Assembly: GCF_006345805.1 (NCBI RefSeq)
Contig: NC_043000.1
Coordinates: forward strand, 158,658,001-158,722,000
DNA from: Octopus sinensis
Lineage: Eukaryota
Reading direction: 5' to 3'
Length of the DNA stretch: 64,000 nucleotides
Made by a program: the position numbers and the translations under genes. A model generated the notes under the pieces. The model saw nothing but the letters and a program-made list of their open reading frames with translations. It made no database searches and was not told the origin of the DNA. This document shows, piece by piece, positions 1-14,611 of the stretch. Numbering within the stretch: position 1 is the first letter of the stretch; every line of letters starts with the position of its first letter.

Positions 1-150
1 TCAGATTCCGTATACCGAATCTACTCACAAGGCTTTGGTCGGCCTGAGGCTATAATAGACGACACTTGCCCAAGGTGCCATTCAGTGGGACTGAACTCAG
101 AATCACATGGTTGGGAAGCAAGCTTCTTACCACACAAACACACCTGCGCC
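1..150 (-). mobile_element. tRNA-derived SINE, 5' part (octopus-type family A), runs off the window edge
   Basis: Reverse complement matches the head of the full copy at 30897 (GGCGCAGG..GTGTGGTAAG..GGTTCAGTCCCACTG..GGCACCTTGGGCAAGTGTC). Confidence 0.85.
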
Positions 151-1649
151 TATATGAAGTAGTGATTGTGTGTGTGTGCGTGCGTATATTCCTTACTAAA
201 ATTCAGTTGCCGATTTTTGACGTATGGGGTATCAAAGGATTCAGCAATCTTTCAGCTACCAAATAAACTTACCTTTCAGTTACACATTTGCATTACAAAA
301 TTTAACAGTATCATCATTTTATTAGTCAACAATCGTAAACGACATTTTATACCAGGACGACGTCGCATTTTCTATATTAGTGTGTGTCAGTGTGTGTGTG
401 TTTAGGCATTCGTTACGTACATTAAGCTGATGAGTGAGATGTATATTTGTGTGAGTGTATGTGAGAGTGTATGTGTCCGTCTGTATACATACATTTTTCT
501 GACAACTGACAAACACACAAACACACATCTAAAGACAAAGACAAACACACAAAGGGGCAGAGATATGTTTGGCGTGTGCGTGAATGTATGTCTGTGTATA
601 TCTGTCTTAGTATATGTATGTGACTGTATCGGCCAACAGTGAAGAGCACCGATTTTGAAAGGGTTTAGTTTAGTTGAGTCCTGGTCGTTGAACGAACAAA
701 CAGCGTTCACTTTGAAGTACTACTGTTTATATTTTTCATTTCATCATGGAGATTTGCGATTTATACAGTATTAACAATTATCACTATTTATGAGCTGAAA
801 AATTATTCTGGTTTTGGTAACCAACAAGAAGATTTAGCTAATTTGACGGCACTCACCACACTCGCAAATATATCAGTCAGTTTGGTTCTTACAACAGATT
901 CGGAAAGTAGAAAGCCTTAGCGGCTCCTTCAATATAAGTATAGAAATGTTATTCCCGTCCTGATAACCAGTTTGAAGATAACGTTTTTCTAACAGTCTTA
1001 CCGTCCTTATCCTATTCCGGCTGTACTGCTTTAACAGTGTTAGTACTCAACCTTTTTACTGATTTAGTATTTATTCTGCAGCATATAACCTTACACACTT
1101 AAAATATATGTAGTAAGCGATGTCAAATTAATTTATGCCTTGCTACATATATCCTTCAGCAAATGTTTTAAATTAATTTACGTTCACAACAAGAACATAT
1201 TCATGTTTAAATATGTTGTTCAGCGGTTTTTAAAATTTGTAGAATAAATTACTTTTGTATGAAAAATTGAATTATGTTTTCTGAATTTTCTTGGGGCTTC
1301 ACTTCTTCACCGTGACATTCATACCTGAATTTTATGAAATTTAGTACATTTTCCAAATAAATGTTGACTTTTTGTACTTTGTTACATTGTTGATGCATAG
1401 TAATTTTTGCTAAGTTGGTGACTTTCCGACGCTGGAATATTTCTTTGGAAATATTCCTTAACAAAAACTTTTATAGCAAAGCTATGCTACAGAAAGCTTG
1501 TTTTGCACCTGTATTGACTACATTTCGTTTCGCTTGAACTTCGTGTACGCTTTGCTGTTTTCAATATTATCAATTATATGAGTGGCTATGTGTTTGTGTT
1601 AGGGTGGGTGTGTCCGCATTCGTTACGTCTATAGTAAACTAGAGTAATT

Positions 1650-3150
1650 GACATTTTACGCCGTTTTAATAAGCCTACATCTAATGAAGTAGCCATCCTT
1701 ATGGTAGGTGATCCCTATAAAAATCGTTGTATTCTTTAAACGTGTTTCAGGGACTTATCTATAATGATGCTCTCCAGTATCCTCTTCTTCTGTAGAATGG
1801 GCAAGAGTTGTTTCATTGTAATATTCCACAGACTGACTCTGCAACAAAACAGCCTATTACAAACAAAAAGGTGTCGTCTGATGACTTCTATTTTTACTAA
1901 GTGATGTTAAGACAAGAACGATCAAATCAATTACACAGGTATCGTGATCTATTTCAGCAATACCTGGTTGATATGGATGCTAAAGTTGAGAGTCAGCGCC
2001 TTGTCTACATTTGTAAAAATCAAAGTTAAGGGCTAAAAATTATGTTCATCTCTATGATGCTCTGAGGACAGATGGTGATATTCAAAATATGAGGCAACTT
2101 ATAATCCTCCCATCATCATTCACATGTGGTCCTCGATATATGCACGAACGAACAGAAGATGCTATGACATATGTCTGGATATATGGAAAACCGGATATTT
2201 TTGTTACATTCACCTACAATTCTAAATGGCAGGAATTAAAATTTAAACTTGTTTCAGTGTTGCATCTTCTGAAATTGCAGCTACCCTCCTCAATGGGGGA
2301 AGGACTGCTCATTCTATCTTTAATCTCCTTCTAAACCTTGCAATGAAAGAATGTCAAATGCGCACCATTTCCAAAAACCCAGCAATGGCAACAGTTCTCC
2401 AACAAACCTACCTCATTGTTTGGGATGAGTGCACTGTCACATCTTGGAGCTCCAAGACATAAAAAACAATAGCACGCTCATGTGAAGAGGAACAGTTATT
2501 CTTCTCGTAGATTTCCGTCAAACGTTGCTGATGAGTACAATGCATGCTTCAAATATTCGTACCTTTGGAGACATAAAAGAACTTTATCTTACAAGCATCA
2601 TCAGAATATTCTTACAAGAGGTGTTCATACGAGCTCCATAAGATTGGTAATGGAATATTAACATCCACCTCGATACTTCAATTATCATAGCAGGTAGTCA
2701 CAAAGGAGAAAACGTTTTTATTCCAAAAATTCTTTTCATACCTACAGCTGTTCCATTTGAATTTAACACGCTTCAGTTTCCAATCAAACTAAGTTATGGT
2801 ATTTCAATTGACAAATCTCAGGATCAATCTCTCAAGGCAGTTGCGACTGATCTCTCTACTACATGCTACTCCCACGGCTAACTTTATGTTGCTTGCTCGT
2901 CAGTTGAAGGCAGCAGCAATTTATTCATTTCGACATCAAAAAAAGAATTACACAATGAATATTGTGTACACTGAAGTGCTTCAAGATTCACAGATTTTTC
3001 AGTTCGAAATTCTATTATCATTACAATTTGGATATTTTAAAATAAAATATAGATATTTGAAATAATTATGAGAATATATTTTAAAATTTATTGTTTACTA
3101 ATCTGAATAAGAACAACAGAAACCCGGGCAACGCCAGGTGATTGACTTAA
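1650..3150 (+). mobile_element. Decayed, internally deleted Helitron (Rep/helicase pseudogene) with 3' terminal hairpin
   Basis: Manual translation across frameshifts: RRFNKPTSNEVAILMVG, LFQQYLVDMDAKVESQRL, ILPSSFTCGPRYMHERTEDAMTYV..YGKPDIFVTFT (Helitron Rep region), then VASSEIAATLLNGGRTAHSIF, LIVWDECT, FPIKLSYGISIDKSQDQSL, SHG*LYVACS, NIVYTEVL (PIF1-like helicase). Degenerate 3' hairpin CCCGG-GCAACG-CCAGG at 3123-3138. Confidence 0.9.
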
Positions 3151-3152
3151 TG

Positions 3153-3193
<41 letters not shown>

Positions 3194-3508
3194 AGGACCA
3201 GAGCTAATTCATTCCTTGCAAAATTATCTGAGGAATCTTCATAGAGAGGTGAGTAGATGTTTTCAAGAAATGATTCGATCTCCTATTTCCAAAGTCCCCA
3301 AATGAACCTATATCAGGGCAAAAAAGTCAAAAAAAGGGCAACTATGTCGAACTACCTCTTTCACTAAAAGCCAATTACATAAGAATGGCAACGGAAAAGG
3401 TGATTACGTTGACGATGCTAGAGCATATGTGCTGAAACATATAATAATAAAAGATATATATATATATCCTTACTTAGATATAAGCATATATATATATATA
3501 TATATATG

Positions 3509-3550
<42 letters not shown>

Positions 3551-3557
3551 ATAATAC

Positions 3558-3606
<49 letters not shown>

Positions 3607-3849
3607 TATGTATGTATAATTAGATGCAACTCTATAGATGAATGTAAAAAGGGACAGATTTATAAATAGTTTGTTTGTAGTATGGGTAGATTGTTTCGAT
3701 AGAGATATTAGAATTCATCATTCAGTTATATATTTGGAACCATCTAATTATGCATGATATCATAGTAAATTGAAAAGAACTATTGATGCTCGTGTATATA
3801 GCTAAATAAAATAGGAAACACTATCAGCGCTAAATCATAATTTTTAGCA

Positions 3850-4768
3850 GTAGATTATGCCGCCAAATTGCGAAGAACCGTTTCCATAACTACGAAAGTG
3901 GAAACCTGTAAAAGTATTCCGATAAATCTACATCCATACGTATTCCTATTGCCAAGTAATAAAAGATCATGTCAGCACGTTTTCCATTTACATCATGCAC
4001 AGGTATGGTACACTGAGGCTGCAACCGGTAATTACCTGTCATATATTCCAAGTTACTTTCGTATTTAATAAATTCTGTTTAATAACATTTACCAATCGCA
4101 TACTTGAAACTATGATCAAACCACTATACATCAATTTCTATTCACATCTGCAATCTATCCACTTACAACCATTACAACTGAGGGCATTTTTTTTCTTCCA
4201 ATTTTCCCATAATTCTTTTGCCATTACCTGATAATAATTCCAATAGAAATTGACTTGTTTTCCATGGAAATTATTACCTGAAAACCAAATATCTCTGTAA
4301 AGAGTCTTATGTGCTTTCATAGACAATCGCATTTGTCATATCTATCACTTCCATTTGAAATTTTGCAAAAGTCCTATTATTTTCGTCTAAATAATGCCTT
4401 GCTAAAATCACAGATATGATACCCTTACTTTCAACGATGAAGTAAATCCAGTTAATAATTATAATATTTGAGAGCGTTATAGAGTGGCTGAGTTGAAAAG
4501 TGAGGTTCACAATACCATGTTTTCGTGGCGAACATTTACTCTCTGAGCTGGAATCAAAGCGTGGCAGATTGAAACTTCCAGCTTTTCGTAATGTATGAAA
4601 TCAATACGATCAGCTATATCTATATCCCTCACTAACGAATTAGTGTCCTTATCAAATACGTCAAATGCATCTCATAATATCAACTTTATTGCTAAAACGA
4701 TGAAAACTGGAAATTTCAAGTGTATAACAAAAATATTTCTATACGCACACACACGCACGCACGCACGT

Positions 4769-4810
<42 letters not shown>

Positions 4811-5041
4811 TATGTATATATATATAAAATAATATGTATATATATATAAAATATAAAAAAATAGGACAAAAACATAAAACATCTGGGCAACTAGGTGATA
4901 CAGAAAGGGACAACAAAACATCCATATAGTCGATACAAAGAAAAACAAGGACAGGTCATTCGAAGCTTTCTATCCTCAGTCAAGATCATCCTCGCAATTC
5001 CGGCTGATTAAATTACTTTGCTCTCTTATATGTAAGTACAC

Positions 5042-5084
<43 letters not shown>

Positions 5085-5760
5085 TCATGATTTAAAAATT
5101 CGGCTATGAAATTTGTTAGCCTCTGATTTGAACGGGTTTTCCTTATATGGGCAGTATAATACAATATTTTGCTAATTAGTAGTGCTAGAAATTATTATAC
5201 ATGCATATAGTCTCATAATTGAATATAAGAAGTTATTAATTAGACACTGACACACATAGCTTAAGACTTTCGCTAATACCATATCACTTGTTTCTCCATT
5301 CTTCTTCGTTATTTCATAATTGTACAATTACCTCTGGAAATTTCTTTCCGCCGTCTACATCTCCGAACATAGCTTTGTCTCATCTGTCTCTCCCACAACA
5401 GAGCAATAATAATGATCAATGAATAAATGTAATTCGTTCTCTACAAAATCTCAATTAGTCAAAACACATCTGAAATGCTTTAATGCACATAGGAAACTCT
5501 TCATTGTGAACTCTTAAAATTTAATAACTACTATTATTCGAGATATCAGAATAACTAATCCATTCATCAATTTATTACCAAAACCTGCATAGGGTTTCAA
5601 ACAGGTTCAGTCAAACTGATGTTGAACTCCTAAGTGGCTAATTCGATTTTCCATTTGATAATAATCCCTTTCAATACTTATATCCAAAATGTTATAATCG
5701 CATTTCACGCATATTCTGATATTTGACTAGCGATTGTTCACAATTTTCGCTAGTCGTATG
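3850..5760 (-). mobile_element. Highly degenerate non-LTR retrotransposon RT (CR1/L2-like), interrupted by a microsatellite-bearing segment at about 4740-5160
   Basis: Frame-hopping translation gives RT-like motifs in the expected order: GISESLKLC..LLIFN, YRYS (NYRPIS-like), CDFSKALF (DFSKAF), YAIGKCY (YADDxK-like), LAIGIRMDVDLS. Many stops. Confidence 0.5.
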
Positions 5761-6014
5761 ACTTTATATTTTATATTATCTTATTTTTATATTTTCATAT
5801 TTTATGACTTGAAACCCGCGTATTCATATACATTATTATTCCTGTACTTTTTATAACAAAATATTGTCCTGTCTCCGTACGTATTTATACATCCTATATT
5901 ATTTCATCCTTACAATTTGTATAATCTACAACTATACTTTAAACATTTTTCTATAGTAGGGATATTTTTTATATGGATCTTTTATAAACAGTAAATTTTA
6001 AGCTTTAAATTTAA

Positions 6015-6409
6015 CTAGCAGTATCGCCCTGCGTTGCTCGGGTTTGTAAGGGAAATAACTATATAAGCATTTTTAGAGATGTAAAGTATAATAGCCATCT
6101 CAATATGGCTAACCACAAAGTGGGGTGGGTTACTGTAGCTTTTTACGTTCTGAGATTTAATAATACATTTTTAGAGAGTTACTTCCCTTATATAATAGCA
6201 AAAAAATGCATTAAAAATGGGAAAAAATTATGGTAATTTTTTTTTTAATCGTAGACTCATCGTAACGCGCGCTAATACGCAGAAGGGCTCGATAAGAATC
6301 ACGACTATAAGATACCCGGTTTTGGTTACACTGCACCGCAAAATGTGGGAGTAGTTAGGAACCTAAATCGTAGGGGACAGACACACAACTTCACTTTTAT
6401 ATATAAAGA
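6015..6409 (-). mobile_element. Complete non-autonomous Helitron (395 bp)
   Basis: The minus strand begins TCTTTATATATAAAAG and ends with hairpin CCCGAG-CAACG-CAGGG then ATACTGCTAG. It is inserted between A and T with no TSD. Confidence 0.85.
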
Positions 6410-7249
6410 TAAATCAACTTTATGCTTATTTAAGCTACTATGCAGCTTAAATATCTTAATAATAAAAAAAACATCTCGCAATTTAGATATTTTAAATTTC
6501 TTCTTAGTTAACATTAATTTTTTTTAATCTTTATCCTTTAATTTCTTATTCTTTTTAGTGTTCTTTAACTTTTTAATGATTAGTGCAAGTTATCTCACAC
6601 AAATCAGCATGAACAAAACAGAAACCATTTTGGAGTAATATTTATCCCCATTTCAATGTCGATTTTCTGCTAGAACAAACCATGATGCGATAGATATTAT
6701 GAGAGAAACTCTCGTATCGTCTTTTGGTGCAAGATGCACTCTTCTTTATATCACTTACGGGGGACATAATTCTCCGCTACCTCCAGCGCTTTCACTACCA
6801 AGTCACATAATCTCAACCGTCCTTGATCTTGTCCATAATGGACGCTTGATTGCTAGAGATACCAGCGACTCATCTACGCGCCAAGGATATGTAGAAAACC
6901 CGTGCCTGAACAGCTGCCGGAGTACGAAATAGAAACCAGTATTACATAGCCGTAATTTTGAGGGTGAATGATAATGAAACAAATGTAACTGGTATTAAAC
7001 TTATGCAATATTTATATTCCATATTTGTGTCTGTGTGTTTGTGTGTGGGTGTGTTTATGTGTGTGCGCGCGCACGTGAGTTTCTGTGTGAATATATGACT
7101 GTGTGTACCTATGTTTGTGAATGCATAGGCGCAGGTGTTTCGATTGATTTGTTTTATTGGCAAGTTAATGAGATAATTTCCTCTTAGTTGATTGTATATT
7201 TCTGGTGTAGTATTCACCGGAAATCTATAGTGAAGCTTCCTCCGAATGA

Positions 7250-7830
7250 CGTCCAGCATACTCTGCCATGCGAAGGATAATTTTGCTGTTCCTGTTGCTT
7301 TTTTATGTTACTACTCCTGAGTATGATAGTGGGATGCATTTCATATTTACATGCGTTATCAGCATAAATAGGAGCGCAGATCTGATGACTCTATTATGCT
7401 GGAGATACTTTACCAGCGCTTTCAGTGTTTAATTTTGTTAGACGATGTTTTCTCATTTGACGGTTATTTCTATTTATGTCTGAAATAAATAAGCTATAAT
7501 TCACCAAATTTGCATGGTATATTTTAAAATATAGTAGCTATTCAGCAAAATGTTTACGAAGCTGTATAGAATAAGGGGTCCAGCATTGAAACATAACAGC
7601 ACGACCATAGTAGATTTGAACCAACACACGAATTCTTCACTCCATTATTTCCAAACATGCTATAGAAAAATAACCTGTTACAATGAAGTAAATACCTACC
7701 TAACATATTGAAATTCGTCTCTTAATCTATTACCAGTAAAACAAGTTAAAACATATGTTTTGTGATATCTTTAAAACCTACTATTTTAGTCAAAGTAAAA
7801 TCTACAGGAACGTTCTGCTTTCAATCACAA
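7250..7830 (-). mobile_element. Old LINE RT fossil (CR1/L2-like)
   Basis: Degenerate translation VDFTLTKIVGFKDITKH...SMLDPLILYSFVNIL resembles the DFxKAFD...SVLGPLLF..ND region of RT. Confidence 0.35.
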
Positions 7831-7988
7831 ATACCCAAACACACATTCCGGCACACAAATACACGCTCAGGCAATTACACGCACATATAGAAATATGAGT
7901 ATATATATATATATTATATATATATATATATATTATATATATATATATATATATAGATAGATAGATAGATAGATATATGTATGAGTGT

Positions 7989-8021
<33 letters not shown>

Positions 8022-8022
8022 C

Positions 8023-8074
<52 letters not shown>

Positions 8075-8585
8075 TATATATATATATATAATTGTGTGTT
8101 TGTGCACGCGCATGTGTGTGTGTGTATAAATATCTCCTAAAAGCAGATATCATATCAAACATGGACTAACACAAATCAGATTATGCATTTTATCATTTTG
8201 TCTTTCAGAATCAGTGACAAGAGGGAATACAGATTTGAGAAAGAGTAGAGCAGAGAATTTATAAAGTTAGAAATTTTTGAGTATAAAAATAATGTTATGT
8301 TATGTAAAATCGAAAACAGCAAAATAATGTAGTTATCTACTTATATGATGTTATATATATATTTTGTCAACTCATTCAACATATTTGCTCATATATAATT
8401 GTCATAAGACACACACACACAATCTGACGCTAATATGAATTGTTTGTGTGGTTATATATATATATATGTGTGTGTGTGGTGTGTGTATATATATATATAT
8501 ATATATGGAGAGAAGAAATGTATTCCCAATAAAAACATACATATATACATTTACATACATATATATGTCTATGTACATGGCGGTG

Positions 8586-8647
<62 letters not shown>

Positions 8648-8691
8648 TATGTAAATAGGCGGTGTATGTATGATATATATATATATATATT

Positions 8692-8723
<32 letters not shown>

Positions 8724-10214
8724 CATACAACTAGGTAAATAAGTGGTCTATAAATATATATATATTCACTCATATATATGTATGCACACATCTCTTTCTT
8801 TCTCTCTGTCTGTGTGTGTGTATATATATATATATACATGAAGAATGGAAGAAGGAGACATGCATGTTTATTCATTTTAATATGTAAATGAGAGTGCACG
8901 CATATGTATAGATGTATGTACCTGTCCATTATTATGTATTGAAAAATATGCTTATATCATCCAATGCATTAGAAGTCACTCTGTATGCCTACTCGAATGT
9001 GTACTAGTAAATATTAGTACATTTAAAATACCACAATGACGAACACATTTCTGTAATGAAATAAAGATTGTATTTTAATTTTATCAACCAACCAAACGGA
9101 ATGTACAAACAAGAGACAAGCGAATTTACGAAATATAACAAAATACGGTATAACAAAATACGGGTATACAAAAGACAAAAAAGCCGTATTAGGCATGACA
9201 GCATTGAGTAATCAAATAAAAGGATAAATCAAACTATAATTCCAAGCAAAATTGAGATATTTATTTCAAACTAAAGAAATTGTTAAGAAGCTGTTATCAA
9301 AATATTATTGAAATAAAATTTCTGGGTGTATCATTGATGCTAGAGGATTTTACAATATGCAAACACATACAAAAAAATGTTCACAATAAACATACTCGAA
9401 TATACAAATATGGAGAAGATTATATTATATGTTAAATCATTTTTCATACGATGTAACATATACTGTTATTTCGGGGGATATGTGGTAGTATGAATGAATG
9501 CATGCACGTATGCAAGTATGTAGACGCATACGCCCACACACACGTACGTGGGTGCACACACGCGCGCGCACACACATACATATATATTAAGCAAACATGC
9601 ACAAACACACACAGACACATACACACACTCAACGCACACATATACACAGGTATATATATTATTTTGACACGAGTTTGAAGGGAACTCAATACATGTACAT
9701 ATTGTGAAATATGTTTCTTTCTGTTTATAGTCACTGTTTTATGCATATGCTCATGTATGTTGATCATACAGCTATTTCTGCGCTCTACTTTGTGCATATT
9801 GTGCTAGGGGGTTATTCTATAACTATAAATGGTTATTTCCCGTCTATATTTACTGTTACATTTACATCGTAAATTAGATGAAAAAAATAGTGCATAACAC
9901 TTCATATATATAATATATATATGTATGCATCGGCACGAACACACACTGACCCTCACACATGCGCACAAACAAACAGAAAGGAACGCATTGTAAATAACGG
10001 ACAGAGTCAAGACTATTGAAAAGGTTGCAAGACGCAACGAAAATTTTAGAAAATGAAAATAAGAAATAAGTGGAAATTTTACCGGTAAGCGTGTTAAAAC
10101 TATAAGGCACCAAAAGAGAGTGACTCTCCCAGACACAACAGAATACGCTTCAACACACGAAATCATATAAAGAATCTTGCAAACCAAATCCCAAAAACGA
10201 AATATATATATAAT

Positions 10215-10303
<89 letters not shown>

Positions 10304-10849
10304 GCTGGTTAGGAATTTCTTTCGTATTAGTTTCTAGCAACCATGGCTTCAACGCGGGGCATCGTGCAAAAAAGTGATGTTCCCTTAAATATCTTTAAGG
10401 ATATTTAATAGCGTTAAGGATAATTAAATATCATTGCTATTTTTGCAGTCTGAAATGTTTTTAATTTGAGAGAAAGGCTAATAATAATGGTTTCCTCGTT
10501 TAACTTTCTGCTTTTCCTTTGTGTGTGTGTGTTTGTATGTGTGTGAGTGTGTATGTATTATGTATGTATGTATGTATGTATGTGTGTGTGTGTGTTTCGG
10601 ATTAACTGTGATCGAGCAGACTTATAAGAAAATGATGATCCAGTTAGTACTTTTTTCTGACTTTGTTGTAGTTTCATACAACATTATGTTATCATTTCAG
10701 AGAAATTTAACTGCAAATTCGATCAGAAAACTCCTCTTTCTTTGCGAAACTGTCGCATTGCTTCACACGTTTTTCCTAAATTCAATTACACTATATCTTT
10801 TGTGTATATTTTTTTATAGAATACCTAATTTTTGGACAGGCCTTTGGAA

Positions 10850-10898
<49 letters not shown>

Positions 10899-10914
10899 TA
10901 TATATAAATATATA

Positions 10915-10941
10915 TAGATAGATAGATAGATAGATAGAGAT

Positions 10942-10998
<57 letters not shown>
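10915..10998. repeat. (GATA)n tetranucleotide microsatellite following a (TA)n tract
   Basis: Direct reading. Similar arrays at about 7955-7975, 16716-16800 and (TATC)n at 23008-23075. Confidence 0.95.
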
Positions 10999-11323
10999 AG
11001 GAATGCATATATTTATGTGCAACTAATAGCTTCATATGTTGAGAAATACCTCTAACATTCATTAGGCACAAACCATATATAACTAACTAAAAAGGATATG
11101 TGTTTTGTGCCTATGCCAGGAGACATGAGTTAGCTTTCTTTACTTCTATTGATTTGTAAGTATGCAACTGTATAGGTAGCATGCATATTTAATATTTAAA
11201 CATAATTTACACACTAAACCTATTATTAGATGGCGTTGGTTATAATCCTAAATATGACAAGTAGTTTAAAAAAATATTCACCGCCTGACTTTCTATTGTT
11301 TATATATATATATATATATATAT

Positions 11324-11363
<40 letters not shown>

Positions 11364-11459
11364 GCGTTCATATAGTCATATGTGTACATATATATGTGAA
11401 ATTCTTCGTGTTAGTACGCTGTATCAGTGTCCGGCTGTTACGCCTACAATATAGACGTG

Positions 11460-12000
11460 AAGTGTGCGCTCGTCGAATTTTCGTTTTCACCGAATGCATT
11501 GAGGAAAGATACTGAAAACTTTGGCAAATGCTTGGTGTTATTCAAGCTGAAACCATCCACAAATTTTACCAAGCCTTTGACGATAATGCCATGGGAACAA
11601 CTCAGATTATGTGGTGGTACTACCACTTCAAAAATGACCGCACCTCAGTAGAAAGCGGGGTAGGCTCAAGCATCCCATGCACAAGATGAAAAGAGGACCC
11701 GATTGAGAAATTTCAGTGAAGGGCATGCATGTTATAATCCAAGGAATTTCTCAATAAGTGGGGATAAGCACAGGATCAGTGCATTCAGTTTTCTCGGATG
11801 ATTTGTGCATATGGAAATTGTCGGCAAAATTCGTTTTCAGGATCCTGGTGGAGCAGCAAACGCAGATCAGCATGGAAAGCGTTCAGTACACGCTGAACTT
11901 TTCAAACCACGACCCAGAATTCATGAAGGTCATCAACACTGGGGTGGGGACGAGACATAGGTTTATAGTCTCTGCTCCATGTGTTCAGTAAACTTTCGTA
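11460..12000 (+). mobile_element. Mariner transposase remnant
   Basis: IQAETIHKFYQAFDDNAMGTTQIMWWYYHFKNDRTSVES; VGISTGSVHSVFSDDLCIWKLSAKFVFRIL (xAKxVPRxL-like); FMKVINTG..DET (first catalytic D region). Confidence 0.8.
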
Positions 12001-12400
12001 ACAACGAGATATCTGACGTGCGCGAAAATATTTGCACATTTCTGGGAAACATAGCGTCACTTCCAGCCCAATAGAATTTTGATTATAAAGGTTAAGTAAT
12101 CAGATAAACTTTTGTGACTCTTTGTCAGGTGTTTTTGTTTGGAGCCTGGGTTATTGTCATTATTTAGGCTGATGATAAATGTCTGTCTTTTTTTACTAGC
12201 GTTGAAAAGAGCTGGTGATGACAGTATTACGTTACTTTATCACTTCAGCTCTATACCATGAAATCTATGATGTATTATTTGCGTAGAATTTTCTCAGATT
12301 ATGCGGATTTTAAAAAGGTTACAGCAAATGAAAAACACGTGGACTGTTGGCGATCTTTTTCCTCCTTTTTCCTTTTCTTTTGGTCGTTCCTATGCCTTCT

Positions 12401-12435
12401 GTTTCGGAAGAGGAGCCCTGCTCGAAACATAAAAC
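12401..12435 (+). ncRNA. Degenerate minimal hammerhead-like motif in a PLE-type terminal repeat
   Basis: GTTT-CGGAAGA-G-GAGC-CCT-GCTC-GAAA-CA-TA-AAAC. Stems I and II pair; the core has U4>G and stem III has a mismatch. Confidence 0.4.
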
Positions 12436-12566
12436 TATCATGCTTCCTTTCCTTATCTGAGCGTCTTATTCATCACTTTGCATGTACCAAGTCCTCGGGT
12501 TTGTTTTTCTTTTGTTTTCATCTCTTTTTTTTTATTACTTACACATACACTCCTATATATATAAGT

Positions 12567-12607
<41 letters not shown>

Positions 12608-13559
12608 TTCATGCGTGCGTGTGTATGTAGTCTAGTTTTATGAAACTTATTTAATTGAAATAGCGGATCGGACGTTTCAAGAACTTTTTGTTAAAGGTAT
12701 TCGTCAGCTACAAAAACGTGAATTTAACAGACATTTATCATCAGCCTAAATAATGACAAAACCCCACGCTTCAAACATAGCAACCAAAAATACTTGGCAA
12801 AGAGTCACATATTTTTCTGACTACCTAACCATTATAATCAAAACGTAATGCTGCAATTTTATATTCCTCTCACTTTTATAGGTGACTGCGTGGTATTATT
12901 TTAAAGATTTTCTGAATATAATTTTTAAATACTGACATTTTTATGTAATGTTATGCATTAGTGTGAACTTGTGAAAGGATATCTCTATTTTCTGTTGTGC
13001 TATGTTTTTCTTCTTTTCTTTACCGTTGTTAATGCTGCTGTCGTTTTTAGTTTTGGTATGGTTGTACTTCTGAAACCAGTGTTTCATATATTCTTTTATG
13101 CAAGTAGCATAATTGGGGTGTACTATGGGGAAATTGACATGTGATCGGATTTAATATTTGTTTCATGCAGAGTGAATGTCTTCAAATAAGGTTGACGTGA
13201 TTGTTGTCCTGTCTTTCATTCTTCTGCCAAAATTCAACGTGACCATTCCATTTCCTTGTTAGGGTTTTAGTTTCACAACTAATTTGTTCTCTATAAACAT
13301 TCAAATTTTAACTTGTTATGAGATTTTGAAGAGGATTAGACTGTCAATGCTAGCAGCTATACCTCTAAGATTTCTTTGTAGGTTCAGCGTGCGCCTAAAG
13401 GTTCTGATGATGACAAAGGCGTAGTTATTTAAATTGGGCTTTATCAGAGCACTTCAGATGATATTTTTCTCTGGTTTCAGCTCAGAGCTGCAGCCATGCT
13501 GATGTACCGCAGTTTTGCCACACTGTTATTATTGAGAGCCTTCTCCAATATGTCGCACT

Positions 13560-13740
13560 TGGTGAAGAATGGAGCTTGATATAGCTACTCTCATTTGCAC
13601 CTCTTGCCTTCATGTAGGTTCATCTGGGACTCTCGACAGGAAGAGGTTCAACTTTGATTTAAAACCATCTACATCTACTTTGTGCAGGGTTCTCAGGCTC
13701 TTTGGGAGAATATTAAAACATTGTGTGTAATTATCATTAA
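13560..13740 (-). mobile_element. 3' end of a CR1/L2-group LINE ORF2
   Basis: QCFNILPKSLRTLHKVDVDGFKSKLNLFLSRVPDEPT matches the typical FNxLP..FKxxLDxFL..PDxP C-terminus. Confidence 0.65.
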
Positions 13741-14474
13741 TGATATGGATGTCTTCATGTTTTCGGCTTATGGCGCTTGCTTTTGCTGACAGAGGTGTTT
13801 TTTCATATGTGTTTTCCATGCCCTACTTAATTGGAATAAGATATATTTTCGTTTCAGACGAAGTGTTTGTTGGAGAAGTTACAAAATAGTTGGTTTCTTC
13901 CCAATACATCACAGCTCTGTCTCCCAGTAGCATACGAACTAGACAAACAAGTCACAATTTACTAATGATTACGAGCACACAAACGACGCTAAGCTGCATG
14001 ATTCGTGTTCTAATTTACAAATACATACACACATAAAATCATCCGCACAAATATATATATATATATATCTGCATATAGATGGATACATATATACGTATTT
14101 GTGTAGCTGTATTGTATTCTTATACGAATGAATAAGCCAGTGTATTTTATCGATTGTTGACAATATTTTTCTCCACATTTCTCTGTTATAATTTCCTCTT
14201 CTCATAATGTCGTGTGAGACAGCCATCAGGATTAAGCAGGAACATACATGCGACTTTATAGTGATTTGATGGAGCGCGCAGGTGAAAATATAATCTTGTA
14301 ACATTACGTGATTTTAGTATATGAGAATATTTACCGGACGCCTTTCATCCTATATATGTTTCTTGGTCTCTTCCACTAGATATATAGCAATAGCCACAAA
14401 TTAATTACATTATTTTAACCAAAGTCGCTATTGATTTTTTTCTTATACATCTCAGTCTAGGAATAACATCATTT

Positions 14475-14525
<51 letters not shown>

Positions 14526-14569
14526 GTATATATAGTGTGTATGAGTTTGTATATATATAAATGTGTATG

Positions 14570-14611
<42 letters not shown>

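Noticed and set aside
4620-4675. EF-hand-like peptide DAFDVFDKDTNSLVRDID (minus)
   Set aside because: It lies within a decayed LINE RT at the PxFKKGD..NYRPIS position and is preceded by a stop codon; the resemblance is likely coincidental.
8190-8270. Plus-strand acceptor TTTTGTCTTTCAG (similarly at about 49770-49786)
   Set aside because: No good matching donor or meaningful reading frame; such acceptors are common in T-rich DNA.
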